Shown one piece after another: positions 50,087-58,832 of a DNA stretch of 64,000 bases. Numbering within the stretch: the stretch's first letter is position 1; every line of letters begins with the position of its first letter. Source of the stretch: an uncultured Candidatus Saccharibacteria bacterium (lineage in GTDB: Bacteria > Patescibacteriota > Minisyncoccia > Phycocordibacterales > DSPV01). Under the pieces are notes generated by a model that saw nothing but the letters and a program-made list of their open reading frames with translations, was not told the origin of the DNA and did no database searches. The position numbers and the translations under genes are program-made. The stretch covers positions 49,599-113,598 of the forward strand of contig CAZTRA010000001.1 in assembly GCA_964616075.1 (NCBI GenBank). Reading direction: 5' to 3'.

Positions 50087-52903
50087 CTACTCAGAGATAC
50101 GGTATTTCAACTGGCGCTGCTTAAATGCCTCAGACCCTCCCTCTAAGACTTTTATTGCATGGGTGTATATTTCAGGATTTTCAATAGACCCAGCATTGTA
50201 AGAAATCTCCCCATCTTTTCTATTAGCAATGATTATTTGCTCAGAATCACTATTAATAACCACATTACCGTTATTTGAGGCAAGAATAACCTGTCTGTAT
50301 TGCTTTGCTTGTCTAATAGCCTTCACAAGTTCATCCATAATAAATTCGTTATCAAGGTGATCGTCGTGAGAATCAATAATAATAGGTTTATCTCCCTGGG
50401 CAAGATAGATTTTCATAAGTACTGTAGCCTTTTGTCCGAGTGAGAGTTTCTGTAATTGAGTACCCTTATATTTAACAGTGGGCGCAACGGAATAATAATC
50501 TCCGTAAACAAGATCATAAAATGACGTAGTGGAAATACCTTGTGAATTTTTTATCTTGTCTTTGTAGTCTGAAACAACTGAGTTGTTTTGTTTGATAATT
50601 TCACCTATTTTTTTATCATCTCCATTTACATATTCCTGATTAATTGAAAACAGACTTGCAAAAATTGACTCCTCGTCTTTTGAATGAGAAACTTTTACTT
50701 TTCTCTGATCGAGAATATCTTCCGCACCTTGTTCAAACTTTGATTGGTTGTAATTAATTTTTGCGCTAAAACTTAAATCACTAAGCACGTCATCTTTGTT
50801 AGTTGAAAAGACTGAGATAATTTCCTCATACTTTTTCTTAAGTAGAAATGTGTCATTCAATAATTTTGAGTAAAGGTCCTCTCTGTTTTTCAGTTCTTTT
50901 TTAAGAGTTTCCTGATCCTTGTTTAAGTCGGCTTCTTTCTTTTCAAGTTTTACTAAGTCCTGAGCAAGTTCTTTTTGTTTATCCAATAATTTAGCGTGAT
51001 TTTTTACACCAACCTCTAAGGACTCAATATCTTTTTGAGCCTTTTCTAGTTCTTTAACTATTTTTGTGAGTTCTGTTTGTATTTCTGTGCTAATACTTCC
51101 AAGGTCATCCTTACTACTATAAGCAAGTGCGGATAACTGTTTTTTATTACCATGTTTCTTTAATAAAGCATTGATTGAATCTACTGTGGTATTGAATACC
51201 ACTAGATCATTCGATACAAAATCCGCAGCATCCCTTAAATAACCCTGAATACTTAACAACTCATCCTTCTTTTCTTTGAGCCTAGTAACTATCCCTTGTT
51301 TACTTTGTGCTACTAGTTTGTTTTCAAGAGTTTGTGCTTTTTCTGATTCCACAACTCTATTAGAAATATCCTTAATTTCTGCCTCAAGTTTATTTTTATC
51401 TGCGAGAACTGATTTTGTATTGGTTGCACTCGTAGATTCTTCAAGTTTTGCTATCAGTGCATTTTTTTGTTTAATACTCTTTTTACTAAGAGTTATCTCG
51501 CTTTGTAGTTGCTCAAACTCAAAACTTTTCTCTGTATCTTTTATTACAGGACTATCAAAAATAAGGCTATTAATGTAGTCATCCAAATCTGAGTCATCGC
51601 TAATATATTCCTCAAGTTCACCTTGGGCTATGTAGACAACTTCACTATGTTCAAAAAAATTTCCATCAGTTAGTTTTTTTGAAAAAGTTGTTCCGTCTTT
51701 GAACGTGAGTTCAACCTCGATGTCTGGGGTCTGATCAGATGTTATTCTCCTTACAAAAGAATTTGGGTCTTTAATGTTGGACCTATCTTTGTAACAATTT
51801 GCTAGTAAATCAACAAAAGCAGTTTTTCCGCTCCCTTTTCCTCCAGTAACAGATACTAGTGCGGGATTTAGTTCAATTTCAGTTGCATTTATTTTTAACT
51901 CACTCCCAATCACAGAATCACTAATTTTGATTTTCTGAATAGTATAATTACTTTTTACTGGAGTAGGGTCTTTTTCTTGAATTTTAACTCGGTCAGCAGG
52001 CTCATATGATAATTGTTTTAGTCCATCAAAAGTTGGGTCCGATTTAATCCAACAAAAGCGCATATCGCAATTAAGTGGTGTCTTTGTGCAATCATGACTT
52101 GTCTTGCCTCGATTTGCACAAGGTTTACAGATACTTTCAAGATCATGTGAATCAGATCCATGAATACACGCCTTAAGGCTTCCATACTTCCTTTTGATTT
52201 CGTCGACTGAGTCAGTGCCATTACCTAAAAAATAATCTCTATCTGATGGATTTCCCGATAGAATGAAATGAGACAACCTGTAAATCTCTTCGCGAGTAGC
52301 AGCCATACTGGAATGCTGGATTCCCGAATTACCATCATTACTGTTATTTGAGACAGCCAAAACTACGTTTTCTGCTAGACGTTTATCTTGTAGTATTTCT
52401 CTTAACTGATTGTGGCTGGTTTTGAATTGTTCAACACCTGCCTTATATGCAGCAACATCGTCTAAGGTTTGATCATTTTTGTAAGCCTTACCCAGGCTTA
52501 TCAAATCAGACTTAATACATTTGTATTTTTGTGCTTTGTAATTGTATTCCAAACTTGAGAATAATTTTGATTCCAACTCATTAACAATTTCAGGGTTTAT
52601 TATTAAATGAATGTTGATAGGTTTTTCAGTTGATGTAACTGGTAATATCCTAAGTTCGACATTTGGAACAATTAAATCAAAATTAGTGAGTTTTCCTTCG
52701 GTAATCACTTTTTGATATCCCTCAATTGAAAAGTAGTCAGTTATTCCAATTACGGACACACCTGTAATTGTTTTTAATTTTGCAAAAAAGTTGGTCCATT
52801 TTTCTTCCGTGGTCGCACCCTCAAACAAAGTATTATTTAATACTGATGCTGGACTGTGTACGTGTAGGTCCCATTTTCTCCAAATTGATCCTTGTGTCGA
52901 CAT
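50087..52903 (-). CDS. PHP phosphoesterase fused to coiled-coil ABC-type ATPase (TrlF/Ppl-like)
   Basis: WRKWDLHVHSP, GITDYF, VELR, GSDSH, Walker A GGKGSGKT, signature LSLGQK and IIIDSHDDHLDN. Confidence 0.85.
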   Translation of the reverse strand: MSTQGSIWRKWDLHVHSPASVLNNTLFEGATTEEKWTNFFAKLKTITGVSVIGITDYFSIEGYQKVITEGKLTNFDLIVPNVELRILPVTSTEKPINIHLIINPEIVNELESKLFSSLEYNYKAQKYKCIKSDLISLGKAYKNDQTLDDVAAYKAGVEQFKTSHNQLREILQDKRLAENVVLAVSNNSNDGNSGIQHSSMAATREEIYRLSHFILSGNPSDRDYFLGNGTDSVDEIKRKYGSLKACIHGSDSHDLESICKPCANRGKTSHDCTKTPLNCDMRFCWIKSDPTFDGLKQLSYEPADRVKIQEKDPTPVKSNYTIQKIKISDSVIGSELKINATEIELNPALVSVTGGKGSGKTAFVDLLANCYKDRSNIKDPNSFVRRITSDQTPDIEVELTFKDGTTFSKKLTDGNFFEHSEVVYIAQGELEEYISDDSDLDDYINSLIFDSPVIKDTEKSFEFEQLQSEITLSKKSIKQKNALIAKLEESTSATNTKSVLADKNKLEAEIKDISNRVVESEKAQTLENKLVAQSKQGIVTRLKEKKDELLSIQGYLRDAADFVSNDLVVFNTTVDSINALLKKHGNKKQLSALAYSSKDDLGSISTEIQTELTKIVKELEKAQKDIESLEVGVKNHAKLLDKQKELAQDLVKLEKKEADLNKDQETLKKELKNREDLYSKLLNDTFLLKKKYEEIISVFSTNKDDVLSDLSFSAKINYNQSKFEQGAEDILDQRKVKVSHSKDEESIFASLFSINQEYVNGDDKKIGEIIKQNNSVVSDYKDKIKNSQGISTTSFYDLVYGDYYSVAPTVKYKGTQLQKLSLGQKATVLMKIYLAQGDKPIIIDSHDDHLDNEFIMDELVKAIRQAKQYRQVILASNNGNVVINSDSEQIIIANRKDGEISYNAGSIENPEIYTHAIKVLEGGSEAFKQRQLKYRISE

Positions 52904-52906
52904 AAA

Positions 52907-55588
52907 TTAATTCGATAGTTTACTTGCAAATGTTTGATAACTATCGACCTCTTGGTAGTTAACATGAATCACTTCAAAGTGTTTCTTTGCTGATTCTATT
53001 TTTGCTTTTTCGGTTGGGCGTAAGTTGTTTACGTCGCCCTTTGTTTCAACAACAAAGTAAACCTTTTCACTTTCATTGCCTTTAAGATCACGCTTTGCAG
53101 TAACAATAGCCCAGTCAGGATTGTAGCCACCAACAGGTGTCTCAACTTTGTACCAGTTAGGCATTTTAATAAACAATTTAATACGCTCGTCTTGCTCGAG
53201 GTTCAATGCAAAGTTCTTTTCAACGTCAGAGTCGTGAACAATAGCATCATAAATGGACCGAGTAACTGCCAAAGTAGAGTCCTTATAACTTTCAAGTGCT
53301 TTGAATTCTTCTGCCTTGTAAGCATCAGAAATAACCTCATAACTTACTTGCTCAACGTAAGTCTTTACGAGTTCTTGTTTTATGATTTTACTAGCCTCAA
53401 CTACAAAGCGATCAGGGTTGTTAAAGAAAGCCTCCCAGTTATTTGCCTCAAGAACAATTTCAGCGATTGTAGAGCGAGTGAGTCGGGTATGTGCCTTGAT
53501 TTCAGAAATACAATCCATCGTTCGAGTTTGTGTTGCCCCCGTGTCGCCTGATTCAGCCCCCAGGACGAGAGATTTGATACCTTTCGCAGAGATATCGATA
53601 CCTGCACGCTCAACACGAATGTGGGGCTTTTGTAGCCGAATTTCAGATATAGCCTTTGCGGAGTTGGTTATAAGCGACTCGGTGTTTACTTTTACGAGGT
53701 AACGAGTCTTCTTTGAAATGCGGCCCCACAACTCTTTGAAGTTCTCGTCTTTTTGGAATCCAGGCTTGAGTGCGATCTTACTTCGCTGTTTTGCATTGTG
53801 AGGTAATTGAGGTGTTTTGTAGATACCATCCTCTTGGAATTCTGCTTGTAGGCTTGCAACGTAGTCGGCATAACTTATGTTTGCAACCACTGAAAGCAAA
53901 TTGATTCGTCTATCAAAAATACGATCACCTTCTTGATTAACACAAAGACGCATACCACGACCAATCTCTTGGCGCTTTTTCATTGAGGAAGTTGTCTCAT
54001 TCAAAGTACAGATATTAAACACGTTCGGATTGTCCCAACCTTCACGGAGTGCAGAGTGAGAGAAAATAAATTCAACAGGTTCAGAGAAAGACAAAAGACG
54101 CTCCTTATCTTTCATAATAAGTTCATAAGCCTCGTCATTCTTTTCAATAGCAGAGTCTTGCTCAACAAAACTACCGTCTTTCTTTTTTGCAAAGTATCCA
54201 GTGTGAAGTGAGTCGATAGAATTTTGCCCCAGGGCAAATTCATTTTTAACTCTTGATAACTCCTCGGTAAATATCTTGCGTATCATTCCATCCGCACCAG
54301 CATAATTTGCAACCTTATCGATAAAGAAAAGGCTCAAGACTTTAATATCAAAATCCTTGTGCTTTTGTTTTTTCTCAATGTGAAGTCTGATAGTCTCAGA
54401 TATTTGTCTACGCCAAATATCCTCCTTGTTTTGATTAATAGCAGTTCCTCGAGAAAGAATAAAACCATTGGTAAAGTGAACCTTGCCCTCAGCGCCAAAC
54501 TCAGGTGCGTCCGCATCGATATTTGAAACCACATAGCCGTCATAGGCTTTGTTACCCGTAAGTTCAGATAGGTTGTCGTTCTTTTTTACATTGGTTGCTT
54601 TTACCTTTCTATTTCCATCGCTATCCATAAAAGCGAGTTCAACTTTTGCTTTAATACCACTGGCAGTCTTTGCTGGTTTTGCCTCAACAAAAACCATGTG
54701 AGGGACCGAAGTACCACTATCGTCATCAGTTACTGAAAAGACTTCTATTTTTTTAACAAGCCCAAGTTGGTAAGCATCGTAAGGTGTGAGTTGGTGTACA
54801 AGGTTGTATGGATTCTTGTGAGTAGCAGAATAGCGGAGGCGGAATAGTGCATTGAAATTCTCAAGCGCTTTTCTTGTAGCATCACCTTCCATATTTTGTG
54901 GCTCGTCGAGGATAAGAATAGGGTTTGTCTTTTTAATAAACTCAATTGGTTGTTCACCCTGCATTTGATCACGAGCACCATAAAGAACGTTAGCGTCTTT
55001 GTTAAAAGCACCAACGGTCATAACCATGATATTTATCACGCTACTGTCGGCAAAGTGTCGAACCTGGGTGATATTTTTTGATTTGTATTCGTAAAATCTG
55101 AAAGGAGTGTTTGCATACAATTCTTTGAAGTGGTCCTCGGTGATTTTCAGGGTCTTAATAACACCCTCGCGAATAGCAACAGACGGGACTAAAATAATAA
55201 ACTTTTTCCAGCCGTACTTTTGATTGAGTTCAAAAATGGTACGCAAGTAAACATACGTTTTACCTGTACCCGTTTCCATTTCAACTGAGATGTCTTTCCA
55301 TCCTACATACTCGCCATTAAAAGTATAATCAGGGTCGTCATAAGTAACTCCTGGTTCGTTGAATTTAATACTGCTTTTTATTTCCTCTAAGTTGTTTTGA
55401 GATTTAATTCTTTTGATATTTTCTTTTACTTCCTCAGGGGACAAAGTAAGTACATTTGGATAGATACCAAACAATCCCAAACCAGCCACAGTCTGTGCTG
55501 TAGTTTTTTCTTGTCCCTCAAAACAATCAACCACTGAGTTGACTGCTTGAAGTTGGTATTCTTGATTTGGATCAAACTTAAATTTCAT
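52907..55588 (-). CDS. Type III restriction endonuclease Res subunit
   Basis: EMETGTGKT, ILDEPQ, RYSATH, LREGWDNPN, QEIGRGMRL, and nuclease motif YNPDWA...VVETKG. Confidence 0.93.
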   Translation of the reverse strand: MKFKFDPNQEYQLQAVNSVVDCFEGQEKTTAQTVAGLGLFGIYPNVLTLSPEEVKENIKRIKSQNNLEEIKSSIKFNEPGVTYDDPDYTFNGEYVGWKDISVEMETGTGKTYVYLRTIFELNQKYGWKKFIILVPSVAIREGVIKTLKITEDHFKELYANTPFRFYEYKSKNITQVRHFADSSVINIMVMTVGAFNKDANVLYGARDQMQGEQPIEFIKKTNPILILDEPQNMEGDATRKALENFNALFRLRYSATHKNPYNLVHQLTPYDAYQLGLVKKIEVFSVTDDDSGTSVPHMVFVEAKPAKTASGIKAKVELAFMDSDGNRKVKATNVKKNDNLSELTGNKAYDGYVVSNIDADAPEFGAEGKVHFTNGFILSRGTAINQNKEDIWRRQISETIRLHIEKKQKHKDFDIKVLSLFFIDKVANYAGADGMIRKIFTEELSRVKNEFALGQNSIDSLHTGYFAKKKDGSFVEQDSAIEKNDEAYELIMKDKERLLSFSEPVEFIFSHSALREGWDNPNVFNICTLNETTSSMKKRQEIGRGMRLCVNQEGDRIFDRRINLLSVVANISYADYVASLQAEFQEDGIYKTPQLPHNAKQRSKIALKPGFQKDENFKELWGRISKKTRYLVKVNTESLITNSAKAISEIRLQKPHIRVERAGIDISAKGIKSLVLGAESGDTGATQTRTMDCISEIKAHTRLTRSTIAEIVLEANNWEAFFNNPDRFVVEASKIIKQELVKTYVEQVSYEVISDAYKAEEFKALESYKDSTLAVTRSIYDAIVHDSDVEKNFALNLEQDERIKLFIKMPNWYKVETPVGGYNPDWAIVTAKRDLKGNESEKVYFVVETKGDVNNLRPTEKAKIESAKKHFEVIHVNYQEVDSYQTFASKLSN

Positions 55589-55593
55589 AATTG

Positions 55594-57378
55594 TTAAATT
55601 GTTTTCAAATCAAGGTTAAGGGACAGATTGGCGGCAGTAGTGTCGTCGAGACTACTCTCGAGACAAATAAATAATTTACCTTTGTGAGACTTATCAGTAA
55701 GTTCTTTTACAGTTTCAGACGCAAGTTTATTTTCAAGACAAACAAGTAATTGCTGTTCGCCGTCGGATACTTTGTGAACTTTATTTTTGCCGATAGTAAT
55801 TGTTTCGACTTTACTATTTAGCGACAAGCCTTCTTTAACGATATTTTCATAAACAACATTCATATCGTCCTCTTTATCAAAAAGTTGGCTTTGCTTTGCT
55901 TTATGTAAGTAAGCAACAAATGCTTGCTGGTTTTCTTCGGATGATTTCTCGGGATTAAATACAAAAGTATTTTCAGGATAGTTTGATTCAGAGAGTGTAA
56001 ACACTTTGAATCCCGCATCAATAGGCTGAGGATTCTCGCCATAACCTTTTATTACACGTCGAATACGCTCTTTTGCAATATCAGCAATAGTTTTGTATCC
56101 AGCATTAAATCCGTCGGATCCTTCTTCGAGTTTTTCAGGAAGTTGCACACAAATAAATTTTCTATTGCCACCATCTTCTTGATTTTGTTTGAAAACAGCA
56201 TGAGCAGTTGTACCAGAGCCCGCAAAGAAATCTAAGATAATATCTTCTTGATTTGTTGATATTTTTAGCATTTCTTGAATATAAGGAATTGGTTTCGGGG
56301 TATCGAAAATTATTCCACCGAAAATAGATTTAATCTCATCGGATGCATTTGCGGCGTTTGAGGTATTATCCCAAATTGTCTCAGGAATTTTTCCCTTATT
56401 TTCGTCGATAAACAACTTACGGTAGAGATTATCTCCTCTAACAATAAGTTTATTTTCATTGTCTAATTTTTGTAAATTTTCTTTACTGAACAACCAAAGT
56501 CTTTCCTTAAAGTATTGTCCTTCTTTATTTGTAAAATCATATTTAACACCACCTTGAGTTCCTCTAGCCCAAACGGCAAGCATTCTGTAATCGCCTCTAG
56601 GATCGTTGTCGGGGTTCTTGTAAGCCTCCTTTGTCCCTTCATCAAGATCAAGATAATTTGTATTGAATTGTTGCAGGTCTTTAGCAAAGACCAATAAGTA
56701 CTCGTGTGATTTACTAAACCATCTCGCAGAATTATCACGCCCACGTTTTCTTTTCCAAATAACATTTGCAACAAAATTTTCTTCACCAAAAATCTCATCA
56801 AGTACTAGTCTTAAATTATGAACCTCATTATCGTCGATAGATACAAAAATAGCCCCATCTTCACGAAGTAAATTCCAAGCCAATTTAAGACGAGGATACA
56901 TCATAGAAAGCCAGTCGCTATGGTAACGCCCATTGGTTTCTTTGTTTGTGGTAGTACTTTCACCAGCCTCAGTTTTTTGACCTGTTTGCTTTAAGTAGTT
57001 ATCAAGAGGGGCGCTAAAATTATCGTTGTATACAAAATCATGACCCGTGTTATAAGGCGGATCAATGTAAATCATTTTCACTTTCTCAAAGTAAGCCTTT
57101 TGTAAAAGTTTCAAAACTTCTAAGTTATCGCCCTCAATAAAAAGGTTTTCGGATTCATCCCATTTAATGCTTTGCTTAGGTTCAGGATTGAGAGTTAGTT
57201 TGCTAGGGACCAACACACTTTTAATAGCGTTACTTTTACCAGCCCAAGTAAAAGAAAACTTATCAGACAAATTGACTGCCTGTGAACTTAAATCCTCTAT
57301 GTATTTTTGTAAGTTCAAAGACTTCTCAAAGAGTGAGTCATCCGATGTTAAATTAATTTTTGTGGGTTTTTTATTCAT
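55594..57378 (-). CDS. Type III N6-adenine methyltransferase Mod subunit
   Basis: IEGDNLEVLK, IYIDPPYNTG, HSDWLSMMYPRL and DFFAGSGTT. Confidence 0.94.
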   Translation of the reverse strand: MNKKPTKINLTSDDSLFEKSLNLQKYIEDLSSQAVNLSDKFSFTWAGKSNAIKSVLVPSKLTLNPEPKQSIKWDESENLFIEGDNLEVLKLLQKAYFEKVKMIYIDPPYNTGHDFVYNDNFSAPLDNYLKQTGQKTEAGESTTTNKETNGRYHSDWLSMMYPRLKLAWNLLREDGAIFVSIDDNEVHNLRLVLDEIFGEENFVANVIWKRKRGRDNSARWFSKSHEYLLVFAKDLQQFNTNYLDLDEGTKEAYKNPDNDPRGDYRMLAVWARGTQGGVKYDFTNKEGQYFKERLWLFSKENLQKLDNENKLIVRGDNLYRKLFIDENKGKIPETIWDNTSNAANASDEIKSIFGGIIFDTPKPIPYIQEMLKISTNQEDIILDFFAGSGTTAHAVFKQNQEDGGNRKFICVQLPEKLEEGSDGFNAGYKTIADIAKERIRRVIKGYGENPQPIDAGFKVFTLSESNYPENTFVFNPEKSSEENQQAFVAYLHKAKQSQLFDKEDDMNVVYENIVKEGLSLNSKVETITIGKNKVHKVSDGEQQLLVCLENKLASETVKELTDKSHKGKLFICLESSLDDTTAANLSLNLDLKTI

Positions 57379-57380
57379 AA

Positions 57381-57578
57381 TTATTTCTTCTTTTTCTTAG
57401 GAGGCTTTACATTAGAGGATTGCTCAAGGAACTGTCGCAGGTCGTCCTCGCTTATTCGCCAATATCCGACCTTTGAGGCTTTTAATTTGCCGTCGTGAAT
57501 GTAGCGAAAGATAGACCTTTCACTGACACGTAACGCTTCGGCTACTTCTTTAACGCTGAGAAATTTTGTGTTAGTCAT
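57381..57578 (-). CDS. excisionase-like helix-turn-helix protein (HTH_17)
   Basis: LSVKEVAEALRVSERSIFRYIHDGKLKASKVG.WRI; first gene of the operon. Confidence 0.88.
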   Translation of the reverse strand: MTNTKFLSVKEVAEALRVSERSIFRYIHDGKLKASKVGYWRISEDDLRQFLEQSSNVKPPKKKKK

Positions 57579-57587
57579 AATTATTTT

Positions 57588-57636
57588 CTCCTTTTTACAT
57601 TTTACTCCTTCAAAAACCCTGTGTCAAAGTGTGTCA
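57588..57636 (-). promoter_or_regulatory. defence-operon promoter with direct repeats
   Basis: TTGACA(57622-27)-17nt-TAAAAT(57599-604), AGGAG SD, and TGTGTCA twice (57620, 57630) overlapping the -35. Confidence 0.7.
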
Positions 57637-57659
57637 TGTTGTTTCTTGATTAAATTATA

Positions 57660-58032
57660 CGGTGGATTACTAAGGATGTTTATGACAAAAAGCATCAATT
57701 ACTAAGGATGTTTATGACAAAAAGCATCAAGAGTATCAGGACAAAATACAGGTACTTAAAATTGAACTTTCGGAACACAGAAAAGCAGACTACGATTACC
57801 AAACAACCATTGCTACAGTCATTTCCGTAGCACGCAGAGCAAGAAGTATGTTTGATAACAGTTCTAAACCTGCTGAAAAAAGAGCGTTCTTGAACTACCT
57901 ACTTCAGAACCCGACTATAAACGGAAAAAGCTATATTTTTCAATAGCTTCTCCGTTCAATCTGGTACTAGAACTAGCTGGTTGTCCTAACTGGCTCCGCG
58001 GCCTGGGCTCGAACCAGGGACCCTCCCGTTAA
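57660..58032 (+). pseudogene. C-terminal relic of a probable large serine recombinase reading into the tRNA antisense strand
   Basis: ITKDVYDKKHQEYQDKIQVLKIELSEHRKAD...SSKPAEKRAFLNYLLQNPTINGK/KLYFSIASPFNLVLELAGCPNWLRGLGSNQGPSR*, with a frameshift at the A-run near 57925. The catalytic domain is absent. Confidence 0.7.
57666..57729. repeat. perfect 32-bp tandem duplication
   Basis: ATTACTAAGGATGTTTATGACAAAAAGCATCA twice. Confidence 0.92.
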
Positions 58033-58066
58033 CAGCGGGACGCTCTACCGACTGAGCTACCGCGGA
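57991..58066 (-). tRNA. tRNA-Asn (GTT)
   Basis: TCCGCGG/CCGCGGA acceptor stem, TCCCG-CTGTTAA-CGGGA anticodon arm, GTTCGAG T-loop, encoded CCA. Confidence 0.96.
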
Positions 58067-58158
58067 ATATCAGGATAGTACCAAATCTAATGAAAAACGT
58101 GAAGCACTCCTATGGCCCCTTCACAAAAAATAATTTTAGACTTCTATCCACATTGCAC

Positions 58159-58815
58159 TTACGATGCCTCCTCTTTGGCATATTTCTTCAAAAAAATGAG
58201 CCGCAGAAACAAACAAACACTAAAGAACAATATACCTGCGAGAACATATTTTTCTATCTTTGAAATAAGAGTAATGTATGCCACATACATTACTCCCACG
58301 TACCAACCTGTCATACCCAACATGGCCGCACGAACAAATGCGCCAACAAAAGTTACTATGACAAATGTGTGTACCGGATACCGCACAATCCCACAAAAAC
58401 CAGATATTGCTACACCCGGGACAACAGGCAAGGCACGTAAAAAAAGTAGCGTAATTTCATCACCTCTTCCATGAATGATTTTCTGCTCCATTTTCTCAAT
58501 ATCTCGCCAATCTAAACCAAGCCATCTTTTTGTTTTTTCAATCATTGGTTTGCCACCCCAATACCCAAGCCCATACACCACCAACGACCCTATAACCACA
58601 CCAAACGCGATTGGGAGGGCAATAATAAAAACTGTTTGCCCAATAATTGCCACAACACTATCACTTTCCGATAGAAGAAAAAAACCTGCGGTAAGCGGCA
58701 CTAACGGTGAAGGAATAGGTGCAATTATTTCTTCAAGTAATGTAGCCAGAAAAACACCCCACACGCCATACTGTTCAATAATTGGTTGTATGTACGCAGT
58801 AACTTGTTCGATCAT
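58159..58815 (-). CDS. DedA/VTT-family membrane protein
   Basis: EEIIAPIPS.LV...AG, GS...YGLGYWGG and LR.LPVVP. Confidence 0.88.
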   Translation of the reverse strand: MIEQVTAYIQPIIEQYGVWGVFLATLLEEIIAPIPSPLVPLTAGFFLLSESDSVVAIIGQTVFIIALPIAFGVVIGSLVVYGLGYWGGKPMIEKTKRWLGLDWRDIEKMEQKIIHGRGDEITLLFLRALPVVPGVAISGFCGIVRYPVHTFVIVTFVGAFVRAAMLGMTGWYVGVMYVAYITLISKIEKYVLAGILFFSVCLFLRLIFLKKYAKEEAS

Positions 58816-58832
58816 ATGTCACGCATATCCCA

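Larger units (their letters stand above)
48889..57999. mobile_element. composite island integrated at the tRNA-Asn 3' end
   Basis: 9-bp direct repeat TGGCTCCGC at 48889-48897 and 57991-57999, a degenerate copy TTGCTCCAC at 50007-50015, recombinase relics, and AT-rich defence cargo. Confidence 0.75.

Noticed and set aside
55594-57378. phase-variable mod gene
   Set aside because: No simple sequence repeat tract is seen in the ORF or promoter.
57660-57730. 32-bp repeats as a CRISPR array
   Set aside because: The copies are directly adjacent with no spacer, lie within a coding relic, and no cas genes are present.
44600-58000. prophage or classical integron
   Set aside because: No structural phage genes, no IntI tyrosine recombinase and no recognisable attC sites.
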